A stretch of 62,991 nucleotides of DNA, counting the filler. It is 11 parts of 11 records of this genome, joined end to end, with 100 filler letters (N's around TTAATTAATTAA, not from the genome) between each part and the next. Parts side by side here need not be neighbours in the genome. Positions count along the whole stretch, not along the records: positions 22,113 to 27,594 come from SRR7504441_1043; positions 27,695 to 31,209 come from SRR7504441_1052; positions 31,310 to 35,301 come from SRR7504441_1058; positions 35,402 to 42,191 come from SRR7504441_1059; 7 more parts are not named here. The stretch is one strand, 5' to 3'. The translations under genes and the position numbers were made by a program. The stretch's first letter is position 1, and the number at the start of each line of letters is the position of its first letter. The notes below the pieces were generated by a model. That model saw only the letters and a program-made list of their open reading frames with translations. It did not search any database and was not told the origin of the DNA. This document shows positions 25,101 to 35,753 of the stretch, in pieces.

Positions 25101-27542
25101 TTCAATTGCAGCCGAGCGTCAGTCTCAACTCGGCTGACTTCCAAACTTGCCTCATCCTGCGCTCCGCGTACCAGCGCTGCACTGTCCTTCTCGATCTCTC
25201 GGAGGGCGTCCACGGCAGCACGCTTATCTGCCTTGCCTAGCCGCTCGGCCTCAGTGACACCACGCTGGGCGTCTGTCACTTGACCGGCCCCTTTGGTGCG
25301 CACGGTCCGGAGCTCGGCCTCAGCCATCTTCTGGGCAGTGATGACCTCACGTTTGGCTGACTGGACAAGCTGCTGACCGGTTTTGGTTAACATCTTGAGA
25401 TCTTGATCAGCAACTGATTTCTTGGTCTTGGCTGTCTCCAGATTGATTTTGAGTTGCATCACGTTCTCAGCTCCCTCGGCTACTGACTTGGCCAGCAAAC
25501 CCTCAGCAGAGTGCACCTGTAGACCGCTGAATCAGACCCGCCCTGTCCCCGGCAGTCACCGTGTTTTCAGCTTCCTCAACTTGGCGTTCTGCCAGGCTGC
25601 TGTCTGCCTCAAGCTTGGCACGAACCTCCTCCTCCTTCTGCTCTGCGCCCTTGACTGCTTCCTGGGTGCGCTCTCTCACGCTGTGCTCTTCGGAAGCCAA
25701 GTTTTCTTTGACTCGCTGCAGATGAGCTTCGGCTTGTGCAACCTGGGTCCGGATTTTTTTTGCGGTTGCCTCCACCTGCTGCTGGGCGTGTGCCTGCATT
25801 GTCTTGGCCTGTGCTTTGACATGCTCAATCTTCTGAGCCGTAGTCTGTTTCACCCGCATCCTCTCAGCGTCTGCTTTACTCTTGGCAGCTTCAGCATCCT
25901 CTTGAGCAGTCTCAATCATCTTCTTTCCTTGGATCCTGGCAGATTCGACTGCCTGCCGCGCAATCTCTGCCTGTGCTTTCACTGGACCAACAGCCGCCTG
26001 GGCTGCCTGTATACGGGCCTCTGCCTGGTCGACCGCCTTCTTGGCCTGCTCCACTTTGCTTGCCCCTTCCCGCTCCACCTGCTCTAGCTCGCGTTGAGCA
26101 TTGCGCTTCTTGGCCTCTGCTGCATCTCTGGCTTTGGTCACCTCGACCTCTGCGTCGTCCGCTCGGGCTTGCTCTTCCTCTATTTCCCTGGATGCCTGCT
26201 CCTTGGCCGCAGCCAATTCATTCTCTACCTTGGTCACCATATCAGCAGCTTTCCTCTGGAGCTCCTTGGCCCCACTAACCTGCTTGAGTGATGCGTCGGC
26301 CGCCTTCTGGGCCTGCTCCACCTCGCTGACGGCCTGGGCCTCGAACTGCTTGGTCTTGAGCACTTCCTTGTCTTTCTGGGATTTCTGCTGTCTTCGGGCA
26401 TCAAGTTCCAGACTTAGCCGCTCCAGCTCAAACTTCGCCTTCCGAGCCTTCTCCTGCAAATTCTGCGAGTTGGTTTGCGCCCTGTCGGCCCCCTCCGACA
26501 CCCGCGAGGCGTCCCCGGCCTCCTGCTGCGCGATCTCTAGACGGCCGGTGAGTCGCTTTGCCCGGCTGGCCAACTTTGCAGCCTCAACCTTCGCCTTCTC
26601 TGCAGACGCCTGTGTGTCGATCTCCCGCTTGGCCGCTTGCTTCTCCTCCTCCGTCGCCAACTGATGCATCTGCCGCGCGGCGATGACTTGTTCTTTGCCT
26701 TGGACCCTCTCCCTGTCTGCTTCCTCAGTCAACATGTCCAATTTGCTCTGAGCCTCGGTAGTCCGTTGGATGGCCAGCCGCTTGACCTCCTCCAGTTTAG
26801 CCATCACAGCCTCGGTCCGCTGCGCACCAGTTTTGACCGCATCTGCGAGGTTGCCCTCCACCCTGCGCAGCTCCTGCTTTTTGGCATTAGCAAGCCGCCT
26901 CAACCTGTCTTCCTTGGTCTGCACGCCCGCCAGCAAAGCTTGCATGTCGTTGTCCTTCCTTTGGGCTTCGCCAACCGGCCGGCTGGCGGCACCTCGAGCC
27001 TTTTTGGCGTCGGCCTGGACCTGCTCCAGTTGCTCGGCGTACTTGTCGTACTCGCCGGAGGCCTCTGACACCGCCCGCTCGGCCGAGACCTGGTCCGCAT
27101 TCTGCTGCTGCTTCATGCTCGCCGCCGTCTGCTCGGCTTGCTTCAGCTGGTTGCCGATATTGGTCAGCGAAGTCTTAGCCCTCCCCAGCTCGGCGCTGAT
27201 CTCGTCGCAGTGGTACCGGGTGTCGGCCGCCTCCCCCTCAGCGGTCTGCTTCTTTTCCTCTGCCTCGTCCATCCGATTCGCGGCCAGCTGCGCCTCGTCC
27301 CCAAGCTGCTGAGCCCTCCTGCTAGCCGATTCGGCCTTCAGTTCGGTGCTCTTGGCCTGGGCATAGGCCTCGGCCTCCTGCCGCGGCGTGACGGCGCACG
27401 GTGCAGCCTCGTCCTCAAACTGCTCCACTCCGCCAGTCGTCGGGTCTTGTAGCTCCGTTACCTCCACGCTCATGCCCTGGAGCACCGTCAGGAGCGTCAA
27501 CAGCGCCAACGCCCGGTGTAGAGGTATGAATTGCTTTGCCAT
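22113..27542 (-). CDS. Very large coiled-coil protein with probable signal peptide (3' partial)
   Basis: MAKQFIPLHRALALLTLLTVLQG hydrophobic leader; two long ORFs joined by a GT-AG intron near 25517-25559; A/E/K/Q-rich heptads; PAAE-type tail. Confidence 0.75.
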
Positions 27543-27694
27543 CGCTTTTTTCTGGAAAAGGTTCAACGACGACTATTATTATTTCACTAGTGGCNNNNNN
27601 NNNNNNNNNNNNNNNNNNNNNNNNNNNNNNNNNNNNNNTTAATTAATTAANNNNNNNNNNNNNNNNNNNNNNNNNNNNNNNNNNNNNNNNNNNN

Positions 27695-29047
27695 CAAGGA
27701 CGGGCTGGTGGACGAGGCCGAGTTTGTAGCGGCTGGAGGGAGCAAGCTCGAGTTTGAGGAGCACGACCTGAACAACGACAGCATGCTCGACCAACACGAG
27801 CTCCAGGAGCGGAGCGCCGCCCAGCTGAGGGCCGGGCAGGCTGCGGCGGCCACCAGGATCCAGGCAGTGCACCGAGGGAACGCTGCGAGGGCGGAGAGCG
27901 GAGCAATGAGAGATCAACAGGCGGCCACCAAAGACCTGGCCGAGGTGCTCGAGCAGGGCGAGGCGTGCAGGGAGCTGTCCGACAGCTTGCACGATGCCGA
28001 GAGGTTTAGCACAGACTTGGCCGCGCTTGAGAGCAAAGAGCCGTCTGTGCCAAACCTGTCAGCATCAGGCAAGCTGTCAGACGGGCCAGTGCAGGCCACA
28101 GAGCCCGCAGCGGCACAAGAGCCGGTAGCAGCGTTCCCAGAGCCAGAGACCGCTGCAACTGTGCAGGCAGGGTCCGGCGGGCAGGCTTCGGGGCAGCTTA
28201 ACCAGCAGGATGGGTTGGGCGAGAAAGCGGTGAAGAGGGTCCCCGAGGCCGAAAATACTCCAGAACTCGGAGCAGAAGCGAAGAAGGCCGGGGAGCTAGA
28301 GGCGGAGGTCGCGTCACTGAGGCATCAGTTGGCCGAATCATCAACTGAGGTCAACCAGGTAAAGCAGGAGAATCTGAATCTATCTCGCCGAATGGAGGAG
28401 ATCCAGCAGGCAGCAGAGAAAGGCAAAGAGCAGGAGAAAGACAAAACTGCAAGCACGGGACAGGAAAGGACAGATCTCAAGGAGAGAGAGCGGGAGCTTG
28501 CTGCTCAGCTTCAAGCGGTGAGTGAGGCCAAGATTAAGGCGGAGGAGACAGCACAAACGGCATTGGAGAAACTCAAGGTGGCAGAGGCGGCAGCCAGCAG
28601 CGCGGCGGATAGTCACGATGGATGGGAAGACGAGATTTTCATGACAACCACCCCCAAACGGTCCGCCGAGAGCGAAGCATCCGATGCTGCTCGGTTTGCT
28701 AGAAAGGAAGAAGAACTGAGGGCGTCTGAGACAGCCAGGAGTAAGGCAGAGGAGGAAGCAAAGCAGGTTGCTGAGAAGCTCAAGGCAGCAGAGGAGGCTG
28801 CAGCAAGGGCGGAGGAACGAGCTAGCAAGATCGAGGCTGAGCTGTCTCCTTTGAAAGGAAGTGGTGCCGAGAGCGCTGACAGCGTGGACACCTTGAAGGA
28901 AGAGAACAAGTTGCTGAAGAAGCAAAGTGATGTATTGGAAGACCAGGTGAGGCTGCATGCCCTGGGCAATCGTATTTAAGAATTCATGGGCGCTTGTTGC
29001 AGGTGATCAACCTCAAATTCCAGGTGGCTGAATTGAAGCATGTATGA
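27695..29047 (+). CDS. EF-hand + IQ motif + coiled-coil protein (5' partial)
   Basis: DGLVDEAEF and DLNNDSMLDQHE loops; AATRIQAVHRGNAAR IQ motif; last short exon ends TGA 29045-29047. Confidence 0.65.
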
Positions 29048-29345
29048 CGCCATGATTCCAAGCTGGGATACAATATTATAATAATGCCTACAAGACATTG
29101 TACACGTAGATTTGAATCGAGATTCTGCATAGATTCTGGACATCCCTTGGAAATACGTCCCAAAGCGCTGGACTTATTACCGTTAATTACTCGTAAAATT
29201 AAATATGCAATCACTCAGGATTTCTTAGGAGCTCTCAATTAAGAGGAGTTCTTGAACTGCTAAGAGTTGCTTAGCCGGCTCAGCAGAATTGATTAGAGCT
29301 CTAGTTAGTGTAGGACAACAGTAGAGCAATCTGGTGCATGATTTG

Positions 29346-31209
29346 CTAACGATCTGCGCGTGCCCTCGACATAGTACGCAACTGCGCCTGCAACGTTTCT
29401 ATCTGCAATTTCTGCTCGTCTACAAGCTGCTGGTGCTTTGCTAGTTCCCTCGCCTGCAACGCCGCCTCTCGTTGCCCCTTTATCGCCTGCTGCTTTGATG
29501 CCTTTAAGCGTTCAAGCAGTTCGGCTTCGGGTGTTTTCTTGAGACGCTCTATCTGCTGCTGGGCCTCGTCTCGCTCCTGCTGCTGCTCATTCCGGGCGTT
29601 TTCGACATCCTTTAGTAGTTGTGCGATCCGCTTTGCCTGCTCTGCTGCGTGACGTTTCACCTTGTGCTCCTCATTATTCTGAGGTGTCTTATCGCCAACA
29701 GCAGGGCCTGTTAGCATATTCTCCATGTGCCGAGTCCTGATCTCCTCGACTTCACCCTTCAACTTTGCGTTCGCCTCCTCTAATTGAACGACTTTCTTCA
29801 TGAGTTGAGCCTCGTCGTTATCTTGCAGCTTTTCATGAAAGCCCTCGGCATCTAGCCCTGGGCTCACAGATCTGTTTAGGGCCTCGAGGGATCTGATTCG
29901 TTCATGAGATTCATCCAATTCTCTCTGCAGCTCGCCAATTTGAATTGCGGATGCCTCTAGCTCTTTCTCTAGTTTGGCAACCATCGAGTTGCGCCTGACG
30001 CGCGGGGGCCGTCGCCCGGCGCTCTGAGCTCGATCGTACTCCTGGGAGTTAGGTGTAACAGAGAGTATCTCGGGAGTTTCAGGCGAGTTCACCAAGGTCC
30101 CAATTCCGGAGAGCGACCTGCTTAATTCTAGTTCTTCAGTTGCGGTAGCCGCCTTTTCTGCTTCGATGTCACGCTTTTGCTTCATCTCCTCGAATTTCGA
30201 GCTCAAGTTTTCGATGAGCGCCTTCTGTTTCTGTAGCTGCTGCTCTGCAAGTTGCTGCTCTTCATGAACCTGGTCCGAATGGCGGTTGACGTCGTTGCGC
30301 TGCTTCAACTGATGCTCCAAGCTGGCCACCTGCTGCTGCAAGTGCGCCTCTGCCGTCTCTTGCCTGACCCTAGCATCTGACAGTTGCTCGTGCAAGCCCT
30401 CTATCTGCTGTGCTGCCTGCTTGGCGTCCTGGCGTCGCTGACTTTGCTCTCTCTCCAGCTGATCAGCCAGTTCCTGCAGCTCACTCATAGCCTGTTTCGG
30501 CTCCTTCCCGGCCCTCTCCGGCTTGGTTTGTGGAGCTTCTCTTGGCAACTCGACCTGCTTCCTAGCCTCCTCCAATTGCCTCTCGAGCTCTGAAACCTGC
30601 TCGGCCGCCTTGATGGCGGCTGCTGCAGCCTTATCTTCAGCTTGCTGTTGCAGGCCTCTAGCTTCAGCCAACTCACGCTGCAATTCGGTCGTTTGGATCC
30701 TGGACTGATCTTCCTCAGGCCTACTCTCGCTTGCAGCCCGTGCGATCTGACTTTTCATCCCGGCTGCCTCGGCTTCGAGCTGCTCGACTCTTTGCTTGTT
30801 TTCGTGGTACAAGTCTGCCGCGGCCTGCTGATCGGCCTCGAGCTCGGCCCTGGCCAGGTCTAGCTGATGCTGCAGCTGCGCGCTGGCCTCCTGAGTGCGC
30901 ACGAGCTCCTCTCGTAGTGATGCATTCTGATGCTCGACGCCGTGCAGCTGTTGCGTAGCCTGAGCCGCTGAATGCTGCTCGACCTGGTGCTCCGACTGGG
31001 CCTGCTCCATGATGTCGTTGATCTGACTCATCAAATCTGACACCTCCCCTTGCAACCCCGCAGTCTCCTCCTTAAGCGCAGCATTCTCCTGCTTAGCAAC
31101 TGACAGCTGCTGCCTGGCCTCAGCCAGCTGATGTTCGAGTTCGGTCTTCTGCTTGTAGGCTGCCTGGGCCTCACTTGCCGCCCTTTGCTCCGCGGCCTGA
31201 TGCAGCCCC
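29346..31209 (-). CDS. Coiled-coil protein (5' partial)
   Basis: Long open frame running to the contig edge, Q/E/L/A heptads. Confidence 0.7.
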
Positions 31210-31624
31210 NNNNNNNNNNNNNNNNNNNNNNNNNNNNNNNNNNNNNNNNNNNNTTAATTAATTAANNNNNNNNNNNNNNNNNNNNNNNNNNNNNNNNNNN
31301 NNNNNNNNNAAGGGCCAGACGTTCGTCCAACCGGGAAAGTACCGGGAACGGGCGGAAGCTTTTGTGTGGATGCGTCTAGGCAGACACAGGCGGAAGGGGA
31401 TGAGGCGCAGCGGGGCCGCCTCTGTCACTGGCCGTCTCCCACAAGCCCAACCGGGCGGGCCCGGCAGCCTGTCCGCCGACGGGTTGAGGTGGATGGGCGA
31501 GGCGGCCGCCGCTCAGGTGAGAGGTCAAGGCTTACGCAGGTACGACCAGCCGGCCAACACGGCGAGCGGGCCCGGGCTCGTGAGAGTGGTGCCCTCTACC
31601 ACCCAGCGGGGAACGGGAGGGCCG

Positions 31625-32668
31625 ATGGCGTTCCTGATGGGCTTGCTCGCGTTGGTGTGCGCGGGCTTGCTGCTGCTGGAGGCGCGGCGATCCCGATGGC
31701 GTCGGCCCCGGTCGCCCCCAGTGCTGATGGGCTGGCTCGTTGCAATGATGCTCTGCCTCACTGTTGCCTACCGGGCGGCTTGGCCGCAGCAACCGGTGTA
31801 CAATGGACAGCACACGCAGATCGCCGAGGCGCTGGCAGGGCGCGACCCGGTGCGCTTGCCTGCTGCACAGACCCAGGAGCCCCCCCCGATCGAGCCTAAG
31901 AGCGGCAAGTGCATGGGCGGCTGGAAACAGACCGGGGGCTGCAACCCCGCCGGGCCCCGCGAGCCGGTTATGGACCGCGCCTGCCAGACCACCGTGTTTG
32001 CCGGTAACTCTGGGTACTGTGACTGCGACCTCGGGCGGGCAACAGCCGACTGCAGCCACTCCGACTTCACCTGCAACGACATGTGCCGTGCGATGAAGGC
32101 TGCTCCGCCGCCCACCGATCTGCTCAGCCTTATGGACGGCCACGTGCACGCCAGCAGCCCCAAAAATAAAATCACCTCTCAAGCAAAGAGATCCGCATGG
32201 GAAAGAGCCTCCGAACTGCCACCCCCCAGCCTCCGAACGTGGAAAGAGCCTGATGTGTCCGCTGCCCCGATGAACCGGCCGCTCGTGGATACCTTCGAGC
32301 CCCCGCCGGGCGTGGATCTGGCGGAGGACACATTCCAGGAGCTCGCGGATGCAGTGGCCTTAGACTCTGGCGCCGGCACCCAGCAGAGCATTCCGGAACC
32401 AGCTGGCCTGCCGCAGGGGCTAGGCCGGGCCAATCAGGAGACCATGCTGGCGTCGATGCAGCCCGGCGAGCAAGCTGCCATGTTCCGGGAGCTCGGATCA
32501 GAGCAGAGGACTGCTATGCTGGCCGAGCTGTCGCCCCAGGCCAAGGCCAAGCTGTTCGCGGCAATGAACCACGGCGGACCGCCCGAGCGCGGGTATCAAG
32601 CCCAACCGATCCGTATTGCATCTGTCCCAATCAAAGATACGACGTATGATGGCACGTACCTCGACTGA
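31625..32668 (+). CDS. Membrane-anchored protein with Cys-rich W-x-QT-GGC-x-P-x-GPRE module
   Basis: Two hydrophobic segments, then CMGGWKQTGGCNPAGPREPVMDRACQTTVFAGNSGYCDC, and ~12-aa helical repeats near the C-terminus; start uncertain. Confidence 0.6.
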   Translation: MAFLMGLLALVCAGLLLLEARRSRWRRPRSPPVLMGWLVAMMLCLTVAYRAAWPQQPVYNGQHTQIAEALAGRDPVRLPAAQTQEPPPIEPKSGKCMGGWKQTGGCNPAGPREPVMDRACQTTVFAGNSGYCDCDLGRATADCSHSDFTCNDMCRAMKAAPPPTDLLSLMDGHVHASSPKNKITSQAKRSAWERASELPPPSLRTWKEPDVSAAPMNRPLVDTFEPPPGVDLAEDTFQELADAVALDSGAGTQQSIPEPAGLPQGLGRANQETMLASMQPGEQAAMFRELGSEQRTAMLAELSPQAKAKLFAAMNHGGPPERGYQAQPIRIASVPIKDTTYDGTYLD

Positions 32669-32802
32669 CGGGCGGGTTGTACGCACGCAGTAACCGTAAT
32701 AAGTATAGAAGATAGCGCGTACATATAAAGGAGCAAATTTAATCTAAACTGAGTTTAGGCACAGCGGACTCGGCAATTGGCAATGACTAGTCCACGCCAG
32801 TC

Positions 32803-33410
32803 CTAGCTTTGGCTTTGCTGTGCTGCGAATCGCAGAGCATCAAAGTAAACTACGCCGCCGGCCCGGATCCAGGGTGGCGGCCGGGCCCGGGTTTGCTTGA
32901 GCGCTTCGATCGTCTTGAACGGCAGACACGTGACTGCATCCACGTAGCACGCGAGCTCCGGCGTGACGGCGCATGCTCGCCGAGGTCGGCCGAGCGGGGG
33001 GCGGGTGGCCTGGCCAGCCTCCGACGCGGGCACGGGATCGGGGGGCACCGCAGATAGGTAGGTCGGGGCGCCGGACAGCCGCTGTTTGGTCCGGGTGCGC
33101 TGCTCGGCCAGCATGATCTGCCCCCGGTGAGTGCCTGGATGGGCGCGGGCGGCACCTCCCCCAGCGAGCCGGCCTGGTGCTCCGGGGCTGGGCGCTTCTT
33201 GCCGCGCTTGGGCGGCTCGGGCGGGAGTTCGGGCGGTGCGTAGAAGTTGGAGTCCTCGAGCGATTCGAGCTTCCACTCGACCATCCGGTCCAGCTCCAGC
33301 GCCGAGTACCGGCTCCACCACTCTTCCCGGTCAGCAGGCATGTGTCGGTCCAGTCGGGTGTGAGTTATTTTCTTTTTATTTGGAAAATCACTCAACGAAC
33401 GTTTGTGCAT
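32803..33410 (-). CDS. YL1_C-domain protein, Ies6/INO80C-like
   Basis: PTYLSAVPP...CAVTPELACYVDAVTCLPFKTIEALKQTR resembles YL1_C (CxITGxxAxYxDPxTxLPY); one 38-nt intron. Confidence 0.6.
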
Positions 33411-33509
33411 GCCTGCTGCCCGGTCCTGTCAGGCGGGGGGTTGCCGGCGGGCAATGCCCCGCTAACTGACAGCTGTCACCGGGCCGGGATGTCCTAGCGC
33501 ATTCAGACC

Positions 33510-35301
33510 ATGACGGGTCACACCAACCTGGACGACCGGATCATCGAGGCCGCGCTGCGCGGGGACGCCATCGACCTGGCGGCCGCGATCGACGACGGGG
33601 CCGACGTCAACGTCCGGTGCGGCCAGCCCCCGGCGGTCCGATCACCCGGGCGCAGCTGTCCTCCCAACAGCTCGACGCCGCTGCACCTGGGCTGCTTCAA
33701 CGGGCATCGGGAGGTGGTGCAGGCGCTGATCAGGGCCGGGGCAGACCTGGAGGCAACCGACTCTTACGGGTGGGCTGGCCCGGCCGGCCGGCGGGCGAGC
33801 GGTGGGCAGGATGACAGCGGCCAGCTGGGCCAAGCGCAGGGAGCATGCTCTGATACACGAGGATCTGACCCGGGCCAAGGACGGCGGAGGGCTGATCAAG
33901 GCCGCCAGCTCTGTGCTTGAAGAGGCTAAGCGGCGGGCGGCCGACGTCCTGGACGAGCCGTCCAGGCACCAGCCGAACCCGACCTACCGCCGCCGGCGGC
34001 TGATCAACTTGTTCAAGAAGCTGAAAGATCTGGTCGGCCCGATTGGTGCGGCGGTGGGCGGCCGGATAGCGAGAGGTGCCGGCAGGTGAGGTTGAGCTGG
34101 TCGAGGTGTCTGCGCTAATGATGGGATGGGAGGCCGCGAGGGGTCGGGCCTTCGTGCTGGTAAGCACAGGCGTGGTCGGCTCGGAGTGTTTTGGTGCAGG
34201 CGTCGGGTCTGGCGCACGCGGCTGCTGTTACCCTGGATGAGTGGTGCGGGCTGTGGCTGGGGCTACTGGAGCAGCAGGGCACCTCCCCCGAGCAGTGCGC
34301 CCCCCGGCTGGCAGGCGGCTCACGGTCTGTATGCAGATTTGAGGACAAGATGCGCATAGTCGAAGCTGGGCTCGAGAGGGTGGCTAGAGGCCGGCAGAGC
34401 CCCGAGGTGAGAGCCTTGCCTGGAAGCACGCTCTGCAATGTCTGGCGGTTCAAGTTATTCTTCAATCGGTCCGAACCGTGCCGGTTGGGCTGACGGTCCG
34501 GCAGCTGGAGAGTCAAGTCTTGGCAATCTACCAGGCTCGGACGAGTGATTGATCGTTGGATCCAGTGAGCCCAGTTGGGGCTCGGCTGACCGGCCTGCAG
34601 GATGGGCCTTCGGCGGAACTGGCTGCGTTGGCGGGAGAGGGCAGGGAGAGATATAGTGCACGCGATGGTGCGTGGCTCTGGCTGGTTCCGTGGTGAGTGT
34701 GAGGGTGGTAGCTGGTGAACGATTGGATTCACAAGACTCAGGACCGCGTTAAGCACAATGTGAGTCTAAGCCTAGGGGCGGGGCTATAAATAGTTGCCGG
34801 TGCGCCTGCACAGCCACTTGTTTAGTCACCTTTTGACGTGATATCTCAAAAGGTGATTATGAAGTGGATGATGCTGGCATTCCAGCACCGATGCAGGACG
34901 GTGGAGATGATGAGTGGCGCAATCGCACGGATGAGAAACAACAAGCTTGGAGGCGCATTGAACAGCTGGCGGGCCGTAGCTTGCGAAGCTCGAGCTTCTA
35001 GCCAGCGACTGCGAAGGGTGGTGGCAGCACTTACCTGTCGGAATCTTTACAGAGCGTGGCAACAGTGGTTTAGTACAGCAACGGGCCTCAAGGCTATGGC
35101 TATGTTGAGCAGCGGCTGTCTCAGGCGCTGGAAGGCTCGGTCATACAATCAAGCCTGGAACTCTTGGTCTGAATTCGCAATGGAATTAAAGCACAAGAAA
35201 GCATTAGTGGATGGGGCGCTGAGGAGAATGTCGAATCGCCTGGTGACTGCCGCGTTCAATACGTGGCAAGCCATGGCCGAGGATCAGCGAGCCCAGAAGG
35301 C
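33510..35301 (+). CDS. Ankyrin + degenerate EF-hand pair + Sfi1-type Trp repeats (3' partial)
   Basis: TPLHLGCFNGHREVVQALIRAGADLEATD ankyrin; frame stays open across nine GT-AG introns into repeats ending LNSW, WQQW, WNSW, FNTW, exactly 33 aa apart. Confidence 0.7.
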
Positions 35302-35401
35302 NNNNNNNNNNNNNNNNNNNNNNNNNNNNNNNNNNNNNNNNNNNNTTAATTAATTAANNNNNNNNNNNNNNNNNNNNNNNNNNNNNNNNNNNNNNNNNNN
35401 N

Positions 35402-35460
35402 CCCCGGGCCCGCTCCCACGAGAGACTCGCCAGCGCCCCGGGCCCGCTCTCACGAGCCAG
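35402..35460. repeat. Short imperfect direct repeat
   Basis: CCCCGGGCCCGCTC(C/T)CACGAG occurs twice at the contig start. Confidence 0.5.
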
Positions 35461-35753
35461 GTGCCCCGAGCCAGCCTCGCGATCGTGCCCTCAAGCTGAG
35501 ACCCTGCTCTCGCGACCAGATAACTGATTCCCAAGGCCCGGGTGTCAACCAGGGCCCGACCTCAAGGCAGGGCTGAGCAAGCCCGGACGGGCAAGTAAGT
35601 CTCTAGACCGTTCAAGCACCCGACCAACCGACCCCAGCGCCCCGATCCGGCAGACGAAGACGACGAAGGCTAGCCTACCATTGCTGCGATTTTTCCGTTG
35701 TGCATTGTGTCCTCAACGGTCAAATATAATAATTAAAATTGGGCTCCGCCGGT

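Noticed and set aside
34785-34792. TATAAATA as promoter of a separate Sfi1 gene
   Set aside because: Falls inside the predicted 93-nt intron 34760-34852 of the ankyrin-Sfi1 gene
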